Notes: a model not told the origin generated them from the letters alone. Shown: positions 1-9,792, counted from the stretch's first letter. The stretch is DNA of 62,111 nt from Myxococcota bacterium (GCA_041288095.1 JBGGMJ010000090.1:1-62111), one strand, 5' to 3'. Program-made: numbers and translations.

Positions 1-653
1 GCGATCTGCATGATGAGCTTGTCGCCCTCGATACGGTACAAGCCGGTGAAGCCCGCCATCGCCATGGTCCCGTTCGGGTTGAGCTGCAGGACGGTGGTGC
101 GGTCGTCCTCCATGCGCCACACACCGACGAGCACGAGCCGCGATGCGTTGGCCTGCTGCGCCTGTGACGGACCCTGCTGCCCCGCGGGGCGAAAGGTGTC
201 GATGAAGTGCGTGAAGTCCATCGCGAAGCTGTCGAAGGTTTGCTCGAGGCTCTCGGCGTGGATGACGTAGCCGATGCCGTTGATGACCACCATGCGGTCC
301 TCGGCGGTCTTCTTCATCTTGCCCTCTTCATCGATGTCGAGGGCATAGCGATGCCGGTACGCGGCCACGCCGGCCAGCTTGTCGATGCCGGCGGCGAGGC
401 GTCGATACGACTTCTGCTTTTCGGTCTGGCTGACGATGCTCTTCGCGTAGGCGTCGAGAGAGATCTTCTTCACCTCGGTGACGCGGATCGACACGATGGC
501 GAGCGCCTGCTCACGCGTGCGCCGGAAGGTCACGCCGCCGGTGTCGCCAGGCATCGGCGCGAGCTGCCATTGATCGGGCAAGTCGACGGTGAAGCGCTGG
601 TGAATGTCCTCGTATTGGACACCCAAGGTGAGAGCGAGAACGAGTGACAGCAT
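1..653 (-). CDS. Exported protein, PsbP/DcrB-like N-domain plus small beta-rich C-domain (3' end runs off the window)
   Basis: Manually translated minus-strand frame from ATG at 653, open to the window edge: MLSLVLALTLGVQYEDIHQRFTVDLPDQWQL...; hydrophobic N-terminus; 'FTVDLPDQW' pattern recalls PsbP-like folds. Absent from the ORF track because it has no stop. Confidence 0.6.
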   Translation of the reverse strand, partial: MLSLVLALTLGVQYEDIHQRFTVDLPDQWQLAPMPGDTGGVTFRRTREQALAIVSIRVTEVKKISLDAYAKSIVSQTEKQKSYRRLAAGIDKLAGVAAYRHRYALDIDEEGKMKKTAEDRMVVINGIGYVIHAESLEQTFDSFAMDFTHFIDTFRPAGQQGPSQAQQANASRLVLVGVWRMEDDRTTVLQLNPNGTMAMAGFTGLYRIEGDKLIMQI

Positions 654-672
654 GTTTTCACTCTACGCGGAA

Positions 673-1527
673 CTATTCGACATTGGCCACCTGTTCCTTG
701 AAGCGCTCGACCTCGCTCTTCATCTCGATGACCAACCGACCTAGCTCTGAATCGACGCTCTTCGAGCCGATGGTATTCACCTCGCGCAACATCTCCTGCG
801 CGACGAAATCGAGGGTCCGGCCGATGGGCTCAGCCGAGGCGAAGAGCTCACGCGCCTGCTTGAGATGCGAGGCGAGACGGTCGAGCTCTTCCGTGACGTC
901 ACTGCGGTCGGCGAGGACCGCCACTTCGCGCGCCAGCGTCTGCGGGTCGAGCGTCGTGCCGCTACCGGCGAGCAAGGTGTCGACCCGCTCCTTCAAGCGC
1001 GCACGTTGATCGTTCACGACCACCGGGATGCGCGCCGCGACCTGCTCACGCAAGCTGGCGAGCTTGGCCACGCTCTTGTCGAGCACGTCCGCTAAAGCAG
1101 CGCCCTCACGCTCGCGCATGCCGACGAGCTGTTCCAACGCCCGCTTCAGAGCCCTACGAACGGCGCCGACCTCGTCCTCACTCGCCTTCTCCGGCGCGCT
1201 ATTGACCAGGACCCCCGGCAACTGGGGGATAGCGGTCTCGGGCAGCCCGAGCCGGCGAAACACCGCCTGGTAGGCCAGCACCACGTCCTCGTTGATGGTC
1301 ACGGGCGTCACCGCGCCACGCCCGCGCAGCGAAACCGACAGCGCCACGTTCCCCCGCTTCACCGCCTTCAACGCCTGCGTCTCGAGGTCGCTCTCGTAGG
1401 CGCCGAGTGTCGATGGCGCCTTGATGCTCACCTTCGAGAATCGCGCGTTGACGGTACGAACCTCAACATCCGCGACGACGTTCTCGCCCTCTTCCCGCGC
1501 GGTACCGTAGCCGGTCATGCTTCTCAT
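673..1527 (-). CDS. yicC: YicC/YloC family endoribonuclease
   Basis: MRSMTGYG start, 'RTVNARF', C-terminal 'DVTEELDRLASH...GRTLDFVAQEMLREVNTIGSK...KEQVANVE'. Confidence 0.95.
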   Translation of the reverse strand: MRSMTGYGTAREEGENVVADVEVRTVNARFSKVSIKAPSTLGAYESDLETQALKAVKRGNVALSVSLRGRGAVTPVTINEDVVLAYQAVFRRLGLPETAIPQLPGVLVNSAPEKASEDEVGAVRRALKRALEQLVGMREREGAALADVLDKSVAKLASLREQVAARIPVVVNDQRARLKERVDTLLAGSGTTLDPQTLAREVAVLADRSDVTEELDRLASHLKQARELFASAEPIGRTLDFVAQEMLREVNTIGSKSVDSELGRLVIEMKSEVERFKEQVANVE

Positions 1528-1922
1528 GATTTCCCTCGAGCCGTTTCGGGATCGCAGTCGTCCCCACGGTTGCCGGTGATCTGTTCGCGCAAGCTCTCGG
1601 TGTGCGTCAGCAACGCGTCACGGAGATCCTCGGGCACGCCATGGGCAATCATGGTTTCCTCGAGAATGCGCTTGCGCCGCGCGAACTGTCCGCCCATGAT
1701 CGGATGCGCCTTGTGGGCGTCGCGCAGGGCTCGTCCGCGATAAACGACTGGACCGCCGAAGAACACCGCGGCGTGCTGATATTCGAGCTCTTTGATGTGT
1801 TTCCTGGTGACCTTGCGAAAGAAGAAGCCAATCATGACGTCGTCGAACATGCGGTCGACGAAGTCGTCGATGATCGGCCGTAGACCGGCTTCGCCTCCGA
1901 GGCGCTCGAATGCAGTCGGCAT
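1524..1922 (-). CDS. Group I truncated hemoglobin
   Basis: 'FERLGGEAGLRPIIDDFVDRMFDDVMIGFFF...GGPVVYRGRALRDAH'; start reassigned to MPTAF at 1922. Confidence 0.88.
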   Translation of the reverse strand: MPTAFERLGGEAGLRPIIDDFVDRMFDDVMIGFFFRKVTRKHIKELEYQHAAVFFGGPVVYRGRALRDAHKAHPIMGGQFARRKRILEETMIAHGVPEDLRDALLTHTESLREQITGNRGDDCDPETARGKS

Positions 1923-2427
1923 GTGCGCCCTCTGGCTACTCTGCGCGCAGCTCGCGTGCAACGAGGCGCAGCCCGACACCCATGCCACGCCGCCGAAGCA
2001 GTTCGTCCTGCACGGCGTACGCATCGACGAGAAGCGCGCCGACGGCACCCGCTGGCAAGGAACCGCGAGCACCTCGGAAGGCGACCTGACGGTGAACGAC
2101 TTCAAGGACGCCGAGCTCACAGTGACGACGCCCGAGGCGCGCCGCTATCTGGTGCGCTCCCCGACCGGCACCTTCGACTTCGACGGCGACACCGGCACCT
2201 TCGAGGACACCAAGGTCACCGACGAGGGCGGCGGCATCGTCCACGGTGGCAAAGCGCGCTACCAGGGCGCCGACCACGTCATTCGCGGCGAAGGACCGAC
2301 GCGCTTTCTCACTCCGGACATGCGCACCACCGCCGCCGGCTCGACCATCCACCTCGACACCGGCACGGTCGATGTCACCGGGCCGGTGATGGGCCGTTAC
2401 GACCCAGGCAAGATCCAGCGCGACTGA
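1921..2427 (+). CDS. lptC: LptC-like LPS export periplasmic protein (possible lipoprotein)
   Basis: Hydrophobic N-terminus ending LAC, followed by beta-jellyroll-like sequence ('GTRWQGTAST', 'IHLDTGTVDVTGPVMG'); start codon uncertain. Confidence 0.55.
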   Translation: MCALWLLCAQLACNEAQPDTHATPPKQFVLHGVRIDEKRADGTRWQGTASTSEGDLTVNDFKDAELTVTTPEARRYLVRSPTGTFDFDGDTGTFEDTKVTDEGGGIVHGGKARYQGADHVIRGEGPTRFLTPDMRTTAAGSTIHLDTGTVDVTGPVMGRYDPGKIQRD

Positions 2428-3282
2428 TCACTCGCTCTCGACCCGCACCTCGGCGACCTTCAGTCCGCGTTCGCTCAAGCGGACACGGAGCTTGCCCGCT
2501 TCGGCTTCGAGCAGACGGCGCGTGTTGACGTCCGGCGCGCGGAAGGTGGCGATGATGCCGGCCGGACCGACCGTGATGCTGCAAGCGAGGTTCTGGAAGA
2601 CCTCGTCATCGAACGCAATCTCGAAGGCCGCGGTGCCGTCGGGGTTGGCGATCAGCATGGTGGTGTCGACCATCGAGGCGAGCGACGCCTCGTCGACGGA
2701 TTCGGGACCGCGCCGCGGCGGTGGTGATGGGCGCACCATGGGCGCGAACGGTGGCGGACGGTGCGGCAGCTCTGCTGCCGTCGGATTCGCGAGCTCCTCG
2801 AGACGCGCCAGCTCGTCGTCGTCGACCTGGGTGCCCTCGTCGTCGTCGTAGGGAGCAAATGCCGGAGGTAACGCGCTCACGCCCGAGTCCGGGTCGCTCG
2901 CGTCCATGCCGCGTGGCGGCGGGTCCACTGCCTGCTCGAGCGGACCAGCCATGGCCTGAATGAACGCGATGATGTCATCGTAGCGGCGGCCACTCGAAAA
3001 CCTCATCGCGGGAAAAGCGCGTTGAGAGCGCGTCGGCGACTCGTCGTCGCTCATCGCCAGCGGCGCCGCGACCACCGCCGAACGGCGGACCACGCGCGTC
3101 GGCTCATCGTGTGGTGTCGGCGCCCAGTCGGTCTGACCTTCTTCGCTACGCTCGGCCGACGGGTCCGAGCGGCTTTCCGCGAGATAACGCGTGAACAAAG
3201 GGTGCGCGCGGCGTTGCGCGCCGGGAGACGGCACCGGGAGCACTGGCTTGCCGCCCAGCGGCTCGTCTTCAGGATTGCTCAT
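2428..3282 (-). CDS. FliK/SctP-like (hook/needle length control) protein: Pro/acidic disordered N-part plus C-terminal T3S4-like domain
   Basis: C-terminus 'LACSITVGPAGIIATFRAPDVNTRRLLEAEAGKLRVRLSERGLKVAEVRV' matches the FliK C-terminal pattern. Confidence 0.6.
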   Translation of the reverse strand: MSNPEDEPLGGKPVLPVPSPGAQRRAHPLFTRYLAESRSDPSAERSEEGQTDWAPTPHDEPTRVVRRSAVVAAPLAMSDDESPTRSQRAFPAMRFSSGRRYDDIIAFIQAMAGPLEQAVDPPPRGMDASDPDSGVSALPPAFAPYDDDEGTQVDDDELARLEELANPTAAELPHRPPPFAPMVRPSPPPRRGPESVDEASLASMVDTTMLIANPDGTAAFEIAFDDEVFQNLACSITVGPAGIIATFRAPDVNTRRLLEAEAGKLRVRLSERGLKVAEVRVESE

Positions 3283-3365
3283 GCGATCGCCAAAGCGATC
3301 CTTGGCGCGTGTTACAGCGTACTCCTTCGTGATAGCCCATGTCAGCAAATTCGAGGGTCCCCACC

Positions 3366-4142
3366 ATGCGCTCCTTGACCATCGCAGCTCTCTCCGTGAT
3401 TGCAGTCACGTCGTGCAACAGCCAACAGCCCGACGGTGAATGGAAGCCGAAGGAGGAAACGGCAGGCGCGGATGCGACCGCTATCCCGGACAAGGGCGAC
3501 GGCTCGGCCGAGGCCCTACCAGCGGGCACACAGCCCCCCACAAGTCCCGAGACCGCCGCGGCGGGCGGTAGCGACGCCGCCGCGAAGCCCGGCGCGCCCG
3601 TCGTCGGCGCCGTCGAAGCCATCGAAGCCAGGCCGGTCATCCTGCGCGACACCGTCCCGGTGGACGCCGTGGTCGGCACGCAGGTGCTCGCCGGTGACCG
3701 CGTTCAAACCGGCGACAAGACGAAGATCCGCATCAAGCTCACGGATGGCTCGGTGCTCGCGCTCGGCCCGCGCTCGTCGATCACCATGGTCAAATACGAG
3801 ACCGCGAACGGCAAACGTAATGGCTCGCTGCGTGTCGCCATCGGCGCTTTCTGGATGGAAGTCTCCAAGTGGGCGACGCCCGCCGACAGCTTCGTCGAGG
3901 TCGAGACGCCAAACGCCGTCGCTGGCGTCCGCGGCACGACACTCTGGGGTGACACCCAGCGCCAAGTGGTCTGCGCTCTCGACGGCGAGGTCAGCGTCCG
4001 CAGCGTCAGCAACAAGAAACTGAAGGCCGCGAGTCTCAAAGCCGGTCAGTGCGTCGGCAAGCTCGGCGCCGGCAAGCTCGCCCCCGTGAAGCCTGACGGC
4101 AAGACGGTGCAAAAGTACCTCGACGAAGTGCACATCAAGTGA
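3366..4142 (+). CDS. FecR-domain lipoprotein
   Basis: Lipobox VTSC; 'GDRVQTG...DGSVLALGPRS...VETPNAVAGVRGT...LDGEVSV'. Confidence 0.85.
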   Translation: MRSLTIAALSVIAVTSCNSQQPDGEWKPKEETAGADATAIPDKGDGSAEALPAGTQPPTSPETAAAGGSDAAAKPGAPVVGAVEAIEARPVILRDTVPVDAVVGTQVLAGDRVQTGDKTKIRIKLTDGSVLALGPRSSITMVKYETANGKRNGSLRVAIGAFWMEVSKWATPADSFVEVETPNAVAGVRGTTLWGDTQRQVVCALDGEVSVRSVSNKKLKAASLKAGQCVGKLGAGKLAPVKPDGKTVQKYLDEVHIK

Positions 4143-4190
4143 GCTAGGCTTGACTTAACGGGGGCCTGCCTAGCATAGACAGCCCCTCCC

Positions 4191-4263
4191 GGCGCGATAC
4201 CCAAGTGGCTAAGGGGACGGTCTGCAAAACCGTTATGCACGGGTTCGAATCCCGTTCGCGCCT
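4191..4263 (+). tRNA. tRNA-Cys (GCA); CCA not encoded
   Basis: Acceptor stem GGCGCGA/TCGCGCC, anticodon arm ACGGT-CTGCAAA-ACCGT, T arm ACGGG-TTCGAAT-CCCGT, U discriminator. Confidence 0.96.
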
Positions 4264-4276
4264 CTCACATCTCGCG

Positions 4277-7200
4277 CTAGCCGCCCGGCCGCCTCCCGTA
4301 GATCACCGGCGATTGCCCGACGAGCCGCCCCCCCTGATAGACGAGAAAGTTGCTGCCGCGTGCGTAGATGTTCGGGTCGACGTACTGCGTTCCCGTGACC
4401 GGGTTCGAGCGGGTCTCCTCGGGCGCACCAAGGATCGGATTGGGCAACAGCTGGCTCAGCTGCTGGGCCACACCGTAGGGAAGCCCCGTGTAGCAGGCGG
4501 CGAGCACGATGACCGTCGTCGGATCGTAAGTGGGGCTGCTGATGATCATCTGCGCGAGCTCGGCGGCTCCGAGGGTGCGGCCCGGCGTGTCGTAGTTGTC
4601 GGTCGGGTAGCTGGAGATACCCACCGGGGTGCCGTGGCCGGAGATCACCATCGTGCCGTCCGCCATAGCGAACGCCAGAGGGTTGTCGATGTAAGCTTGC
4701 AGATGGAATTGCGTCCAGCTCGGGGTGATGTCGGTGCCGAAGAGCTGGTTGAACTGACTGACGATCCAGTTGGGGACGGTCGCGACGCCGCTGCTTTGAC
4801 TCGAAGGCAACAGATTCAGGTAGACGCCGGGCTGTCCGGGTGTGCCCGGGGCGCCGGTGATGAACTCGCCGTGCGGTGACCCATCGTTGGGAGTCGGATA
4901 GCTCGCGGTGAGCGGCGGATTGGGGTTCACCCACAACGGCACGGTGCTGAAGTCGGTGGGCACCGTCATGCCCGCGGGCGCACCGCTCGGCGTGCCGGCC
5001 GGAGGAGACGATGGGGCGGCGCCGGCCGCGGCAGCGGCTCGATCGCGCGCCGCCAGCACGTCGATCATGGCGCGGATGCGCGGCAGGTTCGCGAGGTTGT
5101 ACTCCAGCTCGTGCTCGCGTTGCTGCGTCAAACGCTCGCGCTCGTCGGCGCGCAGGGCTTCGAGCTCTATCTCGAGCGCGTGGTACAGCTCCGGCGTACC
5201 GACGGCCGAGAAGTTGTCGACGTCGAAATTGTTGGCCCGTACGTCGACCGACACGCGGTCCCCATCACGCTCGAGCTGGACCTCCCATTCGACGCCGTCG
5301 ATCAGATACGTCCGCGTTAGCGGTTCGCCTTCGGTGACGAGGTCCGCGAGATTGTCGCCGCGGATGCGCGCGCCGAGCTCGTGCCATTGCTCGGGCGTCG
5401 CGCCCGGTGCCCAGGCCTCACGGCGCACGTCCCAGGCTCTGGTCTCGATCGTCCCGGACGGTAGCTGCTCGGCTCCCGTGACGGTGACCCGGCCGTCCTC
5501 GCGGTGCAGCTGCAGCTCCCACTCTGCGCCGTCCTCCGTAAAGAAGGTCTGGGAGTAATCACCCTCGACACCCACCTCGCGACCTCGCGTGTCGGCGAGC
5601 TCTCCGAGCTCACTCCACTGCTCGGGCGAAACCTCGAGGTTCAAGCCCGGTAGCTGAGCGAACCAAGCGCTCCCGGGGCCAAACCCCTGCGTCGCGGCGG
5701 GGCCGCTGGTACCCGAGGGGAAGAGGACGCTCCCGAGAGGACTGCCATTGCCCTGCGGATCGTAGGGCCCCACCGTGAATGAGCCGTCGGCGTTGCGCGT
5801 CGCGCTGGTGAAGGTGCCGTCCGGGTTCATGGTGACGATGGTGTTCCCATCGAGCGAGCGCATGAGCACACTCGTGCCGTTCTGACCCTCGACGATGAGG
5901 ATGTCGGTGCCGTCCTCGGTGTGGATCCACGGGTCGCTCGGTGAGGGTCCGGCGACGACGCCGAGCGCCGAGATGAGGTCCGCCGGGCTCAGGCGTCCGC
6001 CATTGAGGACGAGCGCTCGCGCGAGACTGCCCATGATGCCGGCGCCGCGCTGATCACCGAAGAATTCGCGCATCGTCTGACCGAGCGAGGAGGTCGCGGT
6101 GAAGCTCGTGACGAAGCCACCGGCCGCCCCGCTCAAGGCCGCCGCGAGCAGGCCCCTGCCGTCGAGCTGTCCGTCGCTGATGAGCTGGCGTACCACCGCC
6201 GAGCCGAAGTTGTTGACCGCGCCCACGAGCGCGTTGGTCACGGCGGGCGTCAAGGCGTCGCCCAGGGCTGCCTCCGCCCAGGCACCGAACTGCGCTCCCA
6301 CCATGCCGCCGAGATAGGTTGCGAGCCCCGCGCGCAGCGCGTCGTTCAGATCGCCACCCGCGGCGACCGTCAGGGCCGCGTTCACGCCCGCCGCGGCCGC
6401 TGGACCGCCGTAGATCGAAACCACCACCGTGATGATGGCGCGGAAGACGGGATTGACCGCGAGTCGCTCGAGGAAGCCCTGTCGGCGGTTGTTGTTGGTC
6501 TCGACCGCCGCTTCGATGAAATCGCGCCGGGCGACGATCCCGAAGCGTTCGTCATAGCGGAAGAAATAATTACGGATCGCTTCCTGCTGCTCGGGAGTCT
6601 TGGCGCCGTAGTCGTCGTAGATCTTCCCGAGCATCTGGCCGATGTCGTCGCCCAGCGGCCCGATGTCGCCGATCTGCACCCAGTCTTCAGCGAGGTTGTC
6701 GTCGACGAGCGCTACGTAGGCGCGCTCCAGAGAGCCGGTGCGCGCGATGCCACCGTCGGCGTGCGACTGGTCGAGCCATGCGTCGCCGTCGCCCGACCCC
6801 GAGTTGTTGAACGAGATCTGCAGATCGAGGGGCACATCATCCGGCAGGCCGATCGCCTGGAGGTACTGCGCGCGTGTCCCATACGTGGGGCCGTAGTCGC
6901 CGCCGCCGTCGCCGCCCGAGTTGCCGCCGGGGGCGAGCATGAAGCGTTCGTGCTCGCTGAGGTAGGCCTCGATCTGCGCGGCGCTTTGGCCCGCGTCGGC
7001 GAGGTGGGCGATCGCTTCTTCGCGAGACACGAGCACCGCGCGCATCCCGGTGCCGCCGCCACCGTCGTCGGACCACGAGTACTCCTGCATGATCTCGTAG
7101 ACGGCGACGTCATAGAGGTGCCGCTCGACGGTTACGACCTCGTCGCTCGCCGCGAGCAGATAGTGGCCGTGGGTGCTCTCCTGGCCGCGCGCCGTGACCA

Positions 7201-8290
7201 GTGCCGAGAGCCACTCGTAAATCGAGTCCTGACCGGTGCGGCCGTGGTCACCTACGCCGTAGAACCAGCCGCCTGGAGGCGGGTTGGCAAAGGTGCCGTC
7301 GAAGTGGGGGTTGGGCGGCAGGAAGTCGGGCGGCTCAATGACTGGTGCCGAGGTGCTCGCCGCTGGGCTGCCGCTCGAGCCTCCGGCTTCCTCGACGTGC
7401 ACCCCGAGGTCATCGAGGAGCGTCTGGATCACCGACTCCCACCCGGCGCGCATGTTCGCAGCCACGGTGGAGAGGCCCTGCGCGGCCAGCGTGTCGGCGG
7501 CGGCCAGCGCTTCGCGCACCTGGTCCACACGCGCTTGCAGCTCCGGCGGGATGGTCACGCCATCGAGCAGCTGCAAGAGCTCAGCCTGGTATTGCCCGAT
7601 GTGGTCGTCGTCCGGAACGTTGACTCCAAGCGGACCAGCGGTGACGTGCTCCCCCTCCTCTTCCGGCAATAGGACGAGCGCGTTGTTCTGCCCGTTGGCC
7701 GGGACCGCTGGTTGCGACTGCGCGAGCGCCATCGCGAGCTCGGCGTCGCTCCATAGGGCACTCACGCGTGCCAGCAACGCCGAGTCGAGCCCGAGGTCGA
7801 TGTGCATCGCGGCCATGTCGAGCACGAGCTTCTTGGCGTCCTGCATCAACTGCTCGGCCGCCAGCTGCTGCTTCGCCGCTTCGTCGTGCGCTACTTTGAG
7901 CGCCGCGACATCGGTGCTGCCCTCGAGCGATTCGACGAGCGACGAGGCGCTCTCTGCGGCCGCTTTAGCGGACTCAGCGGCGTCGAGCACCTTGTCGAGC
8001 GCCTGCTGGGCGTTCTCCGCGGCCCTCGCCATCTCGGCTGCCTGGCCCTGCGCCGCTTTCATGGCCTCCTGGGCTTGCTGCATCGCCGCCAGGGCCTGAT
8101 CTCGGGCTGCCTTGTACTCCTCCCTCGCACGCTGGACCTTGGCCATCACGTCCAGGAGGCGCACGGAGGCATCCGCGGCGCGCGTGCGCAGGTCTTCGGC
8201 CTGCTCGAGCTCCGCTTGGGCAATGACGGTATCGACGTCGACCTGGGGCTCTACGGGGATGTACGGCTTCCACGCGGGATTGATCGCCAT
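4277..8290 (-). CDS. 1337-aa polymorphic-toxin-like protein: N-terminal coiled coil, Gly/Ala-rich hydrophobic region, C-terminal clan CD (caspase/C80-like) cysteine protease domain
   Basis: Ala/Gln/Glu-rich heptad N-terminus; 'TVVVSIYGGPAAAAGVNAAL..AGGD' segment; C-terminal 'VISGHG...IVLAACYTG...AQQLSQLL'. Confidence 0.65.
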   Translation of the reverse strand: MAINPAWKPYIPVEPQVDVDTVIAQAELEQAEDLRTRAADASVRLLDVMAKVQRAREEYKAARDQALAAMQQAQEAMKAAQGQAAEMARAAENAQQALDKVLDAAESAKAAAESASSLVESLEGSTDVAALKVAHDEAAKQQLAAEQLMQDAKKLVLDMAAMHIDLGLDSALLARVSALWSDAELAMALAQSQPAVPANGQNNALVLLPEEEGEHVTAGPLGVNVPDDDHIGQYQAELLQLLDGVTIPPELQARVDQVREALAAADTLAAQGLSTVAANMRAGWESVIQTLLDDLGVHVEEAGGSSGSPAASTSAPVIEPPDFLPPNPHFDGTFANPPPGGWFYGVGDHGRTGQDSIYEWLSALVTARGQESTHGHYLLAASDEVVTVERHLYDVAVYEIMQEYSWSDDGGGGTGMRAVLVSREEAIAHLADAGQSAAQIEAYLSEHERFMLAPGGNSGGDGGGDYGPTYGTRAQYLQAIGLPDDVPLDLQISFNNSGSGDGDAWLDQSHADGGIARTGSLERAYVALVDDNLAEDWVQIGDIGPLGDDIGQMLGKIYDDYGAKTPEQQEAIRNYFFRYDERFGIVARRDFIEAAVETNNNRRQGFLERLAVNPVFRAIITVVVSIYGGPAAAAGVNAALTVAAGGDLNDALRAGLATYLGGMVGAQFGAWAEAALGDALTPAVTNALVGAVNNFGSAVVRQLISDGQLDGRGLLAAALSGAAGGFVTSFTATSSLGQTMREFFGDQRGAGIMGSLARALVLNGGRLSPADLISALGVVAGPSPSDPWIHTEDGTDILIVEGQNGTSVLMRSLDGNTIVTMNPDGTFTSATRNADGSFTVGPYDPQGNGSPLGSVLFPSGTSGPAATQGFGPGSAWFAQLPGLNLEVSPEQWSELGELADTRGREVGVEGDYSQTFFTEDGAEWELQLHREDGRVTVTGAEQLPSGTIETRAWDVRREAWAPGATPEQWHELGARIRGDNLADLVTEGEPLTRTYLIDGVEWEVQLERDGDRVSVDVRANNFDVDNFSAVGTPELYHALEIELEALRADERERLTQQREHELEYNLANLPRIRAMIDVLAARDRAAAAAGAAPSSPPAGTPSGAPAGMTVPTDFSTVPLWVNPNPPLTASYPTPNDGSPHGEFITGAPGTPGQPGVYLNLLPSSQSSGVATVPNWIVSQFNQLFGTDITPSWTQFHLQAYIDNPLAFAMADGTMVISGHGTPVGISSYPTDNYDTPGRTLGAAELAQMIISSPTYDPTTVIVLAACYTGLPYGVAQQLSQLLPNPILGAPEETRSNPVTGTQYVDPNIYARGSNFLVYQGGRLVGQSPVIYGRRPGG

Positions 8291-8418
8291 GCGATCTCCA
8301 TTCTACCCGCGGGACGCGCGTCGAGCGGCGCGAGAAAGCCTGCCGCGGCGCCACGCTCGGTGGCCGACCCGAGAGAATGCGTGTTTTTCAGTAGTTGGAC
8401 GGACACCTACCTGCCCCC

Positions 8419-9657
8419 CTAGGTGCCCGAGCTGAGGAGCTTGCCGTAGATCTCGGCCGTCCCGTCGCCCGTCGACTGCAGCCAAAGGACGACGATGTCG
8501 TCTTCCGGGGTGAGGGCGAGCCCCGGCCAGGTCGCGTCGAACGACGTGTCGGATATGTTTCCCGAGGGGCCGTCTATGCTGCTCCAGGCCAATCCGTTCC
8601 AGCGGACACCACGGATCTGTCGGGTAGCGCCACCTGGATTCGACCATACGATGACGGGGTTACCCTGCGTGTCGAGGGCCATGGCCGCTTGCTGGCCGCC
8701 GGCGGTGGTCGCGGCCGGCAGGCGTTGCCAGGAGCCAGCCTCGTAGCGGGCGACCTGTGTGCGGCCGACGGGGTCGTCGGCGTCTGCCCACGCCACGACG
8801 AGCGCGTTGCCGCGGGAGTGGATCATGGGCCTGGACGAGCTCGACGCCGAGGTGCCCACTGTGCCAGCCAACGCCGTCCAGTTTGCGCCATCACTGGTCG
8901 CGACGTGGAGACTCCCGTTCTGCTCGGTCCAGGCCGCGGCGACGCCGCCGCCGCCGGGCGCGCGGGCAACATGGATGAGGGCCGCGGTGTTCGAGACACC
9001 GGTCATGCCGGGCGCGGTGTCCGAACCGTCGACACCGGCCCAGCTCGTGGTCCAGCGCTCGACGTAGGCATCCGAAGCGCTGGTATAGGAGACCCAAGGG
9101 GTACCGCTCTCGTCTACGATAACAGACGGCCACCAGCTATTCGTCACCAGCCCGTTGGAGATGCCGTCCCCCGTCGCCGAAGCGCCAAGCTCGCTCCAGC
9201 TCGCGTCATCCCACACTCTAAGGTGGACCGACTGCTTGATGCCGTTGAACTGGTGCCAGCTGACGTAGACGCGGTCGGCGGCGTCGACATCGATGCCGCC
9301 TGGACAGGTGGAGCCTCCGACGACCGCGGTGCCCCGCGAGATCCCGCCGCCGTCGCCCGAGCCCTGGAGCGACGACCAGGCGCCGTCGAAGCGCCGTACA
9401 TAGATCTGCCCGCTGCCAGCGTGGTCGTCAGCCCAGGCGACATAGACGCGCCCCAAGGTGTCGACGATGACGGCGATGCAGCTGGCGCCACCGCCGTGCG
9501 CACTGATGCCGCCGGCGGTCGCCGAGTCACCGAGCTCGACCCACAGGTTGTCGTCCGCCGGCGTCTCCTCGGGCGGAACGTCCAGCTTCGCCAGCTCGGT
9601 GCGTCCGCAGGCCGCGACCGCGGCTAGCGCAAGTGCGATGACGACGCCGCGTTGCAT
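8419..9657 (-). CDS. Lipoprotein with beta-propeller-like repeats
   Basis: Lipobox VAAC after MQRGVVIALAL; repeated 'YVAW...IYVRRFDG.W' / 'GISN...WPS' units. Confidence 0.75.
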   Translation of the reverse strand: MQRGVVIALALAAVAACGRTELAKLDVPPEETPADDNLWVELGDSATAGGISAHGGGASCIAVIVDTLGRVYVAWADDHAGSGQIYVRRFDGAWSSLQGSGDGGGISRGTAVVGGSTCPGGIDVDAADRVYVSWHQFNGIKQSVHLRVWDDASWSELGASATGDGISNGLVTNSWWPSVIVDESGTPWVSYTSASDAYVERWTTSWAGVDGSDTAPGMTGVSNTAALIHVARAPGGGGVAAAWTEQNGSLHVATSDGANWTALAGTVGTSASSSSRPMIHSRGNALVVAWADADDPVGRTQVARYEAGSWQRLPAATTAGGQQAAMALDTQGNPVIVWSNPGGATRQIRGVRWNGLAWSSIDGPSGNISDTSFDATWPGLALTPEDDIVVLWLQSTGDGTAEIYGKLLSSGT

Positions 9658-9792
9658 GTCGGGCTCTAGCTTACCGCTTTCTGATACCCGGGCGCACGTC
9701 GTCCCTGGACGAGGGACGTCCACTAAGACGCAGGGTTCCACATGTTCGCGTCTATCTTCTCTCGCGCCGGATTCGCTCGTACACTCGAGCTC

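Noticed and set aside
4150..4176. Sigma70 promoter for tRNA-Cys (TTGACT...TAGCAT)
   Set aside because: Spacer is only 15 nt; plausible but not supportable
9711..9740. Fourth copy of the ECF motif (GTTCCA at 9735)
   Set aside because: The upstream box at the matching distance is GAGGGAC, too divergent from GTGACAC
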